Source: a virus
Taxonomy: Duplodnaviria > Caudoviricetes
IMG/VR virus record: IMGVR_UViG_3300037294_000251
Location: 1-56,921 of that record
Length of the DNA stretch: 56,921 bases
Strand: one strand, 5' to 3'
Shown here: piece after piece, positions 1-9,800 of the stretch
How positions within the stretch are numbered: position 1 is the stretch's first letter
Layout of the letters: each line of letters starts with the position of its first letter
Notes under the pieces: model-generated
What the model saw: only the letters and a program-made list of their open reading frames with translations
Databases searched by the model: none
What the model was told of the DNA's origin: nothing
Program-made: the position numbers and the translations under genes

Positions 1-127
1 AAGAAAAATGACATATGACCGCAGGCAGCAGCTCGACAGCGAGCCAGATACAAGCCCGGAAGACGAGCTTTTCAAATACGCCGGCAGATTTCTGGTGCTG
101 GTATCCGCAGTAATTATGGTGGCTGGA
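1..127. repeat. Terminal direct repeat, copy 1 (identical to 56795-56921); circular-assembly overlap
   Basis: First 127 nt match the last 127 nt; 127 is a common assembler k-mer size. Confidence 0.95.
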
Positions 128-154
128 ATGGCCAAGGTTTGGGGGTGGATATGA
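8..154 (+). CDS. Small predicted membrane protein (48 aa, MTYDRRQQLD...VWGWI)
   Basis: Translated by hand; ATG overlaps stop of the 56302-56805 ORF across the circle join and TGA overlaps next ATG (ATGA); hydrophobic C-terminal half. Confidence 0.55.
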   Translation: MTYDRRQQLDSEPDTSPEDELFKYAGRFLVLVSAVIMVAGMAKVWGWI

Positions 155-702
155 ATCAGCAAGAACAGCAAGCAATCGACACAGCGCTAGATAACTGCGA
201 AGTGCTACGGGCGCGATTGGCCAAGTATGAGGATGCGGATGGTGTTAGATACCCGCTCGTTTGGCCGCAAGCAGATGTTATGGCAAAGACACTTTCAGAC
301 CGTTGCGCCGATCAGTGCCAAGTAGATCGTGACGACTACTGGAAGCAATACGGTGACGATTGCATTGATGATGTTAAAGCCATGCTCGCCGCCGCCCCAA
401 AGCCTGCCGACCATAGTGAGGATGTGCGCGCATTGCTGGAGGCCGCCGTTTACGAAATGGGTGACCTCATCGGAATGATGGAGCCGTATTACTCGCAGTG
501 CAACGCTGACAAAAACGCAAACGAGCTGATTGAGCGAATCCAAGCTGTTTTGCCGCCTCCTCCAAAACCTTACGTTGCCCCGCCACTTTGCTGTGATCTA
601 TGTGAAGGCAACAAAGCCAAACGTGTTTTCAAAACATCTGACGCACTATGCGATCACAGACGCCATGTACACAGCCAACCAAAGGAGCAGAGTGATGAAT
701 GA
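151..702 (+). CDS. Early hypothetical protein with C-terminal C2H2-type Zn finger
   Basis: ORF track; CDLC...HRRHVH; ATGA coupling at 151. Confidence 0.65.
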   Translation: MNQQEQQAIDTALDNCEVLRARLAKYEDADGVRYPLVWPQADVMAKTLSDRCADQCQVDRDDYWKQYGDDCIDDVKAMLAAAPKPADHSEDVRALLEAAVYEMGDLIGMMEPYYSQCNADKNANELIERIQAVLPPPPKPYVAPPLCCDLCEGNKAKRVFKTSDALCDHRRHVHSQPKEQSDE

Positions 703-1288
703 GGTTAAGCGACTACCAGTGTGGCAGGCAGACTGTGAGTGGCCGGACGACGAGTATGTCGTCAAGGCTGTGGAATACGACGCCCTAGCCGCCGAACTGG
801 CAGCGGTGAAGTCTGAGCTAAACGAAACCCAAGCTGACGCTATGGCAGCGGCTTTAGAACTTGCCACACTCAAGGCGGGCGCGGGTGAGGTAGTCGGATG
901 GTACACGGTTGAAGCGCCTACGATCATAACCAATCATCCCAGCGTATGCGCCCTGTGGCATCGCAACAATCAAAGGGTTGCAGCCGCATACGCCGCCCCG
1001 CAGCCCGACCATAGCGCGCAACCCATCACAATGCCATGGAACACACCAGAAACGGCCCCTAAGAATCGCCAGATCCTAATCGACACCGGTTGGCCTTGGC
1101 CGTCTGCCGGTCTGTGGAGCGAGTCGGAAGGATGCTGGGTTATCGCAAGTATTCAAGGCAGCACATATCTCGGACAAGATGACCCCGGCTACATATCTGA
1201 GCATGAGCGCGATCTGGTTGGGTGGATGGAAATGCCGGCGCTTGACCGAGATGATGCAGCCAAATTCGAGAAGGGAGGTGATGTGTGA
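695..1288 (+). CDS. Early mosaic hypothetical protein (Ea22/DUF551-like modules)
   Basis: RBS AAGGAG before ATG 695; WNTPETAPK...GWMEMP module. Confidence 0.6.
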   Translation: MNEVKRLPVWQADCEWPDDEYVVKAVEYDALAAELAAVKSELNETQADAMAAALELATLKAGAGEVVGWYTVEAPTIITNHPSVCALWHRNNQRVAAAYAAPQPDHSAQPITMPWNTPETAPKNRQILIDTGWPWPSAGLWSESEGCWVIASIQGSTYLGQDDPGYISEHERDLVGWMEMPALDRDDAAKFEKGGDV

Positions 1289-1845
1289 ATCTGATCAAGG
1301 GAAACCGTTACAACTGGAAGAACCAGCCGGAGCGCCTTGTTTACATAGGCATGTGCGATCCGAGAAACGGGCACTGGCATCAGTTTGCCAAAGTTGAATC
1401 GCCGGAAGTCGTGTGGTGTGAAGTTCTGGCCAGTGACTTGCATATGCTGGAAGAAACCAAGGACCAACCCATGACTAACATAACGATTGACCGGGCGCTG
1501 CTAGAGCGCTACCTAGGGATGCGTGAAGGCGACTGGGTTGAAGTGGGTCACGAACTCCGAGACATCCTCGCCCAGCTAGCGCCAGAGGTTGAGGCCGAGT
1601 CACGCGCTAACGACTTGGCTTCGACGGCGCTTGTGACTGAGTTGCGGGAAGAGCTTGCAGATCTAAAGCGTGATGCTGAGCGGCTTGATTTTATGATCGT
1701 TGAGCGCGCATTTGTAGACTCACGCAGGTCAGAAAACGGGCATGCTGAGTATTTTGTTAGCTGGCCAGCCGCTTTTTTCAGCCAGTCACGTGCATACCGC
1801 AACGAAAGGGAAGCAATCGACGCCGCAAAGCAGTCGGCCTACTAA
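1285..1845 (+). CDS. Early hypothetical protein
   Basis: GTG overlapping previous stop, GGAGG RBS; RDAERLDF...REAIDAA C-terminal module typical of phage early genes. Confidence 0.7.
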   Translation: MNLIKGNRYNWKNQPERLVYIGMCDPRNGHWHQFAKVESPEVVWCEVLASDLHMLEETKDQPMTNITIDRALLERYLGMREGDWVEVGHELRDILAQLAPEVEAESRANDLASTALVTELREELADLKRDAERLDFMIVERAFVDSRRSENGHAEYFVSWPAAFFSQSRAYRNEREAIDAAKQSAY

Positions 1846-1995
1846 TGTGCGCCCATCACTTCCAGCTAGTCGGCACAGGCCCGCGCCAAGGCGAGGCGCG
1901 CTGCACGCTCTGCGAACTCCGGCTAGTGCCAACGCACCGGCTAGCAGTGGCTGACAAACCACTTCACGGCTTTACATCGAGATCGGAGGTACATC

Positions 1996-2445
1996 ATGAG
2001 CACCCCAATTGAGCCGCATGATTATTTGTATGGGCCAAAGGTCGTACACATTGAAGACTTACGAGTAGCGCGCGGGCTTACACGCCGGCCATTATCGTCG
2101 TGCATGCATCGGCAGATCGTCTATGACGACAAAGAGCGTCGTATCTGGTGCCAAGATTGCGAAAGCGAAGTCGAGGCGTTTGATGCTTTCATTCAAGTAT
2201 GCAGCGTGTTTCAGGGTGCGAAGTCAGCTATTGATAATCGGCGCAAGAAGCTAGCAGAGGCCGAGAAATTCCAACTCAGAAGTAGGGCTGCGAAGGTTAT
2301 GGATGAGGCATGGCGTAGCACGAAAATGGCCCCACTATGCCCTCACTGCAATGTAGCGATACTGCCGGAAGACGTGGCCAGCGGCGTGGCTATGACGGGC
2401 AAGCAGCTTATCAAGGCGATGCGCGAACGTAACAGCGCCAAGTAA
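1996..2445 (+). CDS. Hypothetical protein with Cys motifs (CQDC, CPHC)
   Basis: GGAGG RBS, clean 149-aa ORF. Confidence 0.75.
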   Translation: MSTPIEPHDYLYGPKVVHIEDLRVARGLTRRPLSSCMHRQIVYDDKERRIWCQDCESEVEAFDAFIQVCSVFQGAKSAIDNRRKKLAEAEKFQLRSRAAKVMDEAWRSTKMAPLCPHCNVAILPEDVASGVAMTGKQLIKAMRERNSAK

Positions 2446-2531
2446 CACCTCCGAACATTTGCCCGCTATATGCGGAGCACCTCCGAACATTACCCACAAA
2501 ATTAAGGCCGCAATGCGGCGAGGGCGAGGCT

Positions 2532-2981
2532 ATGTCCATGACAATTGCACGACCAACTGTAACTAAAGAAATGATCTTGGCTGCCTGCTTGATAGTGGCC
2601 ACCAAGATTGATGCGGACGCAGAAACCATTGCCGAGCATTACCGCCACCCCATGGACGGCCATGAGCTGGCCAAGGCGCTGGATATGTACGCCGGCTGGG
2701 ATACGCGGCGCGAAGATATGGAGGCGCTTGATGAGATTGAAAGTTTGGTCAGCTCAGCTCTTTCAGCGGCCGAAAAACAGTGGTTCACAGACAGCGATAT
2801 TCAGCCAACGTTTCCGATAGGGGCAAAGATTCTTGGGCATCACGGCAACGGCTCAGGCGAGATAACCGGAATTTATGAGTACGGCGTTGCCATGTATCAG
2901 GTAAAGCCGGACGGCCAAGATGACGAAGCAACCGGCCGCCGCCGCTGGTTGATTAAGTTCGAAGACGCAGTAGCCGCCTAG
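2532..2981 (+). CDS. Hypothetical protein
   Basis: GAGG RBS, 149-aa ORF. Confidence 0.7.
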   Translation: MSMTIARPTVTKEMILAACLIVATKIDADAETIAEHYRHPMDGHELAKALDMYAGWDTRREDMEALDEIESLVSSALSAAEKQWFTDSDIQPTFPIGAKILGHHGNGSGEITGIYEYGVAMYQVKPDGQDDEATGRRRWLIKFEDAVAA

Positions 2982-3023
2982 CCCATCCCACACTCCCCGG
3001 CATGACCGGGGTGGAGCATTGCA

Positions 3024-3230
3024 ATGCAACTGCAATTTCTGACTCCAGCAGAGGTGCGCGAGCTAACCGGCGCGGGCACAAAGGCTGGCCAAATCCTTAA
3101 CTTGAAACGAAACGGTGTGCGGCACACTATAAAAAAGAGTGGCTGGCCGAGCGTTACAGCATCCGCCGTGACCTCCACAGGCAACCAAGAAGTTGAAAAA
3201 CCAGCGTGGACACCACGCAAGGCGGGGTGA
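3024..3230 (+). CDS. Putative excisionase (DUF4224-like)
   Basis: FLTPAEVRELTG...Q...LKRNG motif; directly upstream of the integrase N-terminus. Confidence 0.75.
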   Translation: MQLQFLTPAEVRELTGAGTKAGQILNLKRNGVRHTIKKSGWPSVTASAVTSTGNQEVEKPAWTPRKAG

Positions 3231-3231
3231 T

Positions 3232-3405
3232 ATGGGTCGCAGGCCGGTTAAGCCGGGAGCCATTGCGCGGTTGCGTGAGCGCAAGAAGGCCAGCGGTAAA
3301 GTGTTCTATTACTATGATGTTGGCGGTAAGCCCCGGCGCGAGATTGCGCTAGGTAGCGACTACGGCCTGGCGATTATGGAGTACGCCAGGCTTGAGCGCG
3401 ATGCT
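3232..3405 (+). pseudogene. Truncated tyrosine integrase, N-terminal arm-binding region only
   Basis: MGRRPVKPGAIARLRERK..VFYYYDVGGKPRREIALGSDYGLAIMEYARLE resembles N-termini of Pseudomonas prophage integrases; no catalytic domain follows. Confidence 0.7.
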
Positions 3406-3856
3406 CGACGGCAAGCTGCGCAAGCTGCCGGCCAAAGCCAAACAGCGCGCCAAGATGCACGTTTGGTCGCAGGTGCACAAAGCGTTCAGCGTGGTCAGCG
3501 CGCAAGACATTCCCGCCGAGCAGATGGACAGCGTGCGCAACTTCATCGCGGCCTACACACTGGATGGCGAGTGGATGGCGAAAGAGGTGGCCCAGCCGCC
3601 CGCGCCAGCCGGCAACCTGCTCGACGATCAAGACTTCTACAAAGTCTGGTTCGCTTTACGCCACTTCAAGCACATCCACAGCATCATCCGCAAAGGCGGC
3701 ATGCTTGAGAATCTGCGTGGACTTGGTTCGCACTTCGCCTCCGACCTGAACGATCACCTCGTAGACGGCGGCAGCGCTGCCGTTGGATTGCTGGCCAAGC
3801 ACGCCACCGAGTTCGATGGCGTGCAGCAGCGCCTGCGGATTAATCAGTACCGCTAA
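3392..3856 (+). pseudogene. C-terminal part of a phage antirepressor (Bro-N/P22AR-type), N-terminus missing
   Basis: VWSQVHKAFSVVSAQDIPAEQMDSVRNFIAAYTLDGEW motif; no convincing start or RBS. Confidence 0.6.
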
Positions 3857-3885
3857 CCTTTGCGCAAGCGTAGGGCTGCAAAGCC

Positions 3886-6800
3886 CTACTGCTGCTTCGC
3901 CAGCGCAGTAAACCGCTCCATCCGCTGCGTCATGCGCTGCTCAATCGCTCGCACCACTTCCCGGCTAGCCCCTTGCTGCTCCAGTTCGCGGCGCCGGTTG
4001 CGCAACTTGCGCACCTCCCGATCCGCCGCATTGGCCGCCAGCCGCAACCTAGCCTGCTTGTGTTCTTGGGCGTAGTCGCTGGCCTCCTGCATCTTGCCTT
4101 CCAGTCGCAGCCCCTTCACTTGCTCTGCGTGGCGGCGCACCTCATCCATGCTCTCGTAAAACGCTGACTGCTTCGCCCCTTGATTGTCCGAGCCGCCGAA
4201 GAACCGGCCAACTAACGGAATTTTGTAGGCTGGCACCTCGTCGCCACTCCCTAGCGCCTGCCCGACCTGCATGGCCTTGGTGGCCTCACGCCCAACGCCA
4301 CCTGTCGCCTGCCCAAACAAGTAATCAATCTGATCTGGCGTAGGGGACAGCGCGCCGCGTACATGCTTGGTTCCGCCTGTTAGGTAGTTGATGCCTTCCG
4401 ATATCCACAGCGCCGGCAGCGATGCCGTGTCCTTCGCCAGCGCAGGCCCAGGCGTCAGCTTGTTGAACGATTCTTTGGCAATCGCGCGGCCGCTAAAGTC
4501 CTTGTTCTCGGCCAGTGCCGCCAGCGGGTCAAGCACAGTTGGCGCCAAGGTCTGCATGCTCAAGCCCGCGTTACCGATCGGGTTGAACGTATCCGAGAGC
4601 AGGCCAAGCAATTTCATTACTTGCTCAGCAGGCTTATCAAAGCCGGACAGCGCAAACTCAACAGGAATGCGGCCGAGGTTTGGCAGCACATGAAAGCCCA
4701 GCGGCATCGGGATGGTGATGTAGTTCTTGCCACCCGTTGGGATAATCAAGTTGCGCTCACGCACAAAGTCAGGTGGCTCGCCATCATCAAACCCGGCAGC
4801 TACAAGCAGCAGCGCCTGCATACCGCCCAGCATCACACCGCCCATAACAATCTTCTTACCCGTGGCAGACAGCCGCAGTGTCTTTGGCTTGCCTGCATCC
4901 ATATCAAACAGCGTATCGCCAATGCGCGCCGTACCCTGCACGCTTGCATTGAAGAACGCATACAGCGCGCCAACCTGCGTGGCGGACTGCCCTTTGCGGT
5001 TGAAGTTGGTGGTTAGGTTCTTTGCCAGGCTCGCTGCTTGCGCCTTGCTCATGCCGGCATCCAGCGCCGTTTTATAGGCAGCCAGTCGCGTGCTGTTTTC
5101 CATCGCCGTGTTGTAGTCATCCAACCACGAAAATATCGGCGCCATTGCCTTGCGCGCCACTTCCGCTGGCACTTTTAATCGTCCGCCAGCAGTGAAGAAG
5201 CGCCCAAACTTTGTTTCAGTCCATGCGCTCGGGTCGAGAGCCTGCGCCAATGCCTCGCCACGGTCGGCACTAGTGCGGAACTGGTCGCGGTAGCCTGTCT
5301 GCCCGCCCACATCCTGAAAGTCTTCCCACAGCTGCGCCCATTCCGAATGGGTGCCGCCCTTGCCCTTTGAGCGTGAGCGCATGTCGAAATAAATACCGCC
5401 AAGCGCCGCCAATGTTTGCCCCAAAACCTCACGCTGCTTGCCCGCCAACGGGGTTGATGACAGGTTAAGCGCTGCGCCTTGTACGTCGCGCGCCAAGTTG
5501 GTTGTGCCAAAGATGGGGTTGTACTGCGTGTTGACTGCCGCGAGGTAGCGCGTGACTTTCGCCGTTGCCCCCAGCAATCCCTCAAGCTGCGGCGCATCTA
5601 GGTTTTTCAGTGCGGCCGCCATGCGCAGAGCGCGAGCATCATCCTCATTGAACACCACGGCACGCTCGGTAACAGTGCCGTCTGCATTTGGTATCTTTGC
5701 CACCACCACGTTGTCACGCTGCTTGTACAGCGAGTCGGCTTGGGTTTTTACCTTGCCGTCCTTGTCCAGCACCTGTTGCGTTGGCACCACGTCAACGCTC
5801 CACAAGTCGGATGGGTTGGCCTTCGCCAGCCCCACCAGCGCTGCTGCTACGCGGTTTTTCTCGCCGCGCACAATCGCCCGCTCACGCTGCATGGCGACGT
5901 TCGCCAGAATATCCACCACTTTGCGGGTTGAGCCTGTGCGCCCTTTCGTCTCGCGCCCCTTAATCGAGAAGCCTTGCCCGGTGCCAAGCCCGCTCATGCC
6001 GTCGCCTTCCTGCTCACGCATCAGCGGTACATAGTGAGCAAAGGTTTTGCCCCAGCCGTCTACTGTTGCTTGGCTTTCAAGGCCGTAATCAACAAAGGTT
6101 TGGCGCGTGCTGGCGATAATCGCATCCACCTTGGTAGCTGCTACTTCCAGTTGCTTGCGCCGGATGCCGTTGTAAGCCGCCAACACCGCATCGGCCTCGG
6201 CATTGGTCATGCCCGAGCCGCCATCAGGCAGCTTAGGGTTGCGCTCGGCAATCACCTGGTTAGCTTCCTTTGCATGGCGGGCGTGCAAGTATTCCTCCAC
6301 GTCCTGCATTTTCAGCCCAGCAGCGGCCAGATACTGCATCAGCGGCTCAAGCTCCAGCGTCACAAAATCCTCTGTGCGCTTGGCTGCTCGCCCGTGATAC
6401 AGCTCTTCTTGCAGGTACACGTCCAAGTCATCGCTAATCGCCTTGCCCGTGGCGCGGATGGCCTCAAGCACGCGCTTGGTGTCGATGTGCTTGTCTTGCA
6501 GCTTGTAGGTCAGGTCATCCCACTGCGAAGCAGAAGGCGATTGCCATGCGGTTTGGGCTGCGGCTTCGGCCGTGCTTGCGCTCTCGCTGCGCCGGAAACG
6601 AATGTCACCGCTCCACTCGTCAAACTCGCCATTGTTATCGGTGGCCGACTTCATCTGCGTATTGCTAAAGGCAATCCACGTATCAGTGCCTTTCAGGTTG
6701 ATGCCGTCATAGCCCTCACGCTCCAGCTTGGCGCGCAGGGTTACGGCCTCGCCCGGCGAATCAATCGCCTGCGACTCCTCGACGCTCATCATGTACGGGT

Positions 6801-9800
6801 TGCGAATGGCTGCGTACAGCTGCATTACCCGCGAGTAACCGGGCATTCCGTCGCTGGCTTTGTCCGCGTAGGCTTGAGCGGTATCACGCGAGCCGGTCAT
6901 AAAGATGCCGAGTGGCGCAGTGCTGTGCCGGGTGCTGCTGCCGCTGCGGCCCTGATCGAATGAGGTGAAGTCTTCGCCAGTGCCGTGATACAGAATCTTC
7001 GGCGCGCCCTGCTTGTCGACCACTTTCGAGCTGCCAAACCAGTTTTTGAAGGCGGCAGTGGAGATTTGCTTGACCGATTCTACCCACTGAAATAATGGCT
7101 GACCGCTTACTGACCTGCCATCCGCATGCAGCGCAGCCTGACGCGCTCCGCGCAGCATAAAGGCCATATCTGCGGCATTTAGCTTGGCCAGCTCAGCCCA
7201 TCCGTTGTCGCGCAGCCAGTCGCGCACCGCGCCGTACCATTCCTGAATAATGCGCTTGAGACTGCCGGTCGACTCAGCCATGTGCGCCAACAACTCATCC
7301 ATGACCAGCACGCGACGCTGCGCCTCGGTCAGCTCCTTGTCCTGCTTGGCACCTTCAATATAGTGGTCAATGTTAAAGCCCTGCTCGGCCGCCATTGCCC
7401 GCACACCTTTTGTGCCGCCGATCTTTGCCCAAGTGCGCAGCAGCTTGTGATACAAATCCTTGCCGTACTGCTGGCGCAGGCCATAATGCGCATAATACTC
7501 ATGGAAAATGGCGCGCTCGACGTCGCGCACATCCGCAAACCGTCGGTCAACCAGATAGGTCTTGCCACGCCAATGAACCGCCTTTATCTCGCCTGGCTTC
7601 GCGCCCTGCGCTGCAGCCCTGTCCTTAATCGGCTGCGGCAGCTCTTCCCACGACGAAAAAACGAAACGTCTGGCCACGGTGGCTTCTGTTACAAGCCCGA
7701 CGGCGATCTGCTCTACATCCCTCCGGCCGAGCGTGGCCCCGGTGGCCCCGGTGGCGCTGCGGGAAAATAGCACAACATTGCCGTCTTCCGTTTCGCGGGT
7801 CTGGATAATCTCGACCAGCTTGTCAAAACTTTGATTGATCGCCTTGCGCTCGTCACCTGCAGGGAATGGCCGCTTCCAGCCCCACGGCGTTAGGATGCCC
7901 GCGTTTTCCGGGCCAAAATTCAGGAATGGACTACTACCATTGGCCTCTGCAACTTTGTCTTCTACATAACCTTGAAAGGCCCGCGCTGCCATTTCATGCG
8001 GAGTGGTCCAGTAGTCGGTGCCTCGCCCCTGATCCAGCTCCTTGGCGTCCATGGCAAACTGGGTAGGAACCTTCTTGAGCTTTTGTTCACCGTTCTGCGC
8101 ATCGGCAAGCATCTTGAGGCGAGATGAGTACGCGCCCATGGTCTGCCGCAGCCGATCGAGCACGCCATTGGTTTCCGCATTAAACCCAGTACGACCACGC
8201 ACAGCCTTGTAGATTTCGCTCATCTTCTCCAGGGCGTCATTGGTCCAGCGCATGCTGGATAGAACCGAGCGTGACTTGCCCGGGTTGGCGCGCAGCTCGG
8301 TGGTTAGCGCGGTGCCGTCCCGCACAAGCTGGGCGACAGTATCGAACTCGGCAAGCTGCTCGGCGCTGGCTGGCTTGTTGCTTCGCTTCCAGTATTTTGG
8401 ATCTTTCTGCTCGGCAAGGTCGCGGCGAATATCATCAAGACGGTCGGTTACCTCCTTGCGCGAGCGCCCTACAAACTCATCAACGCGGGCTGTGTCCTCA
8501 ACATAAGTCTCACCCTTGCTAAACATCGTTTTCATTAAGTCGGTGTACGCATCACGCAACACCTCACGAACACCGGAGTTGTTACGCAGAAACCCTGAGC
8601 TGGCCGCGTCACTCTCAAAGTTGCTTGATATTTTCAGCGCCCGCGTACCGTCCTTATCCACTGACCACTCGGAGGAAGACTTGCCATCCTGTCGGGCAAA
8701 ATAATGATCAAGCGCATGGAACCATTCATGCGCCAACGAGCCTGCGCCATTCAGCTTGGTCAGGTTAATAACCACTTTACCCGGCTCGTAGTGCGCTCGA
8801 GCACCGCTCAGGCCTTGGCCGCGCGCACCGAATGCCAGCGCCAAGTCGCCATTTAAACTGATAGCGCGCGCCGGGATGCCCATCACATCAGCCAGATCAA
8901 GCAGGCCGTCGTAGGCGTCGTTCAGCAGCTGCTGACGCTCTTCCTGATTATTCCAGTTACCGAATTCCACGCCGCGAAAGCCAAAGGCCTCGGTAAACGC
9001 ACTGTCCATAACTGGGCCGGTACGGCGCTCGGCACCCTTGCGCACAGTGCTATCAGGCCTTGGCAGGTCAGCCTCGCCGAACGTGGTATTGGTTTCGATG
9101 ATTGCTTCGGCGTTCTTCGCCATGTACTCCATCCCAGTCTCGCGGGATGGGAATACCTGATCGACCACTTTCACACGCTTGCGGTCAGTAACATCGCGCC
9201 AGATTTCAAAGCCGGTACCATCGCCATCGCGCACAGACAGCACGCGATGCTTCATCGCTACCGCAATTACCGGCAGCATTTGCAGTGCTTCTTCCTCGGT
9301 CGCGTAGTTGCCGCGCAGCTGCCGAGGCTGCTTTTTCCAATCCAGCTTGCGCTTATCGCTGATTACCCAGCGGCCGACTTCACTGGGCGTGGTGCTGGCG
9401 GCGATTTGGGTTATTTCATAGCGGCGCTGCCAGGCTGGGCGGCTGTCCGTTTCCTTGGCGGTTTTCTTCTTTCCGGTAGTAGCAGTGTCTTTTCTCGCGC
9501 CGCCGATCTTCTCGCCAAAGTCCTCGACCTTAGCTTTCGGCTCAGCGGCAGATTCGGCAGCTGCGGGCTGTGCTACGCTGTCAGCGCTGCTCTGGCCCGA
9601 AGGCATCGTGGGTTGATCACCGGCTTTTTGATCAGCTTCAGCAAACGGGGACAGCTCGCCGGATGCGACAGCAGGAACGGCCTCCCTGCTCCAGAGCAAC
9701 TTCCACCCTTTCTTCTTCTCTGCATACGTCACCGATACGGGGAACGCGGTATTTACCGCATAATAATCCCCTGCCGCATCAGTGCCGGGCTGCAGCTGGA

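Noticed and set aside
388-1019. Similar GCCGCCCC...CCGACCATAG segments in two early genes
   Set aside because: AAP..DHS linker reuse is ordinary module shuffling in phage early genes
3193-3708. 171-aa ORF as a real protein
   Set aside because: After about 3405 it is an out-of-frame reading of the antirepressor fragment
5974-6963. 329-aa plus-strand ORF and similar antisense ORFs
   Set aside because: Shadow frames of the GC-rich giant gene with no recognisable motifs
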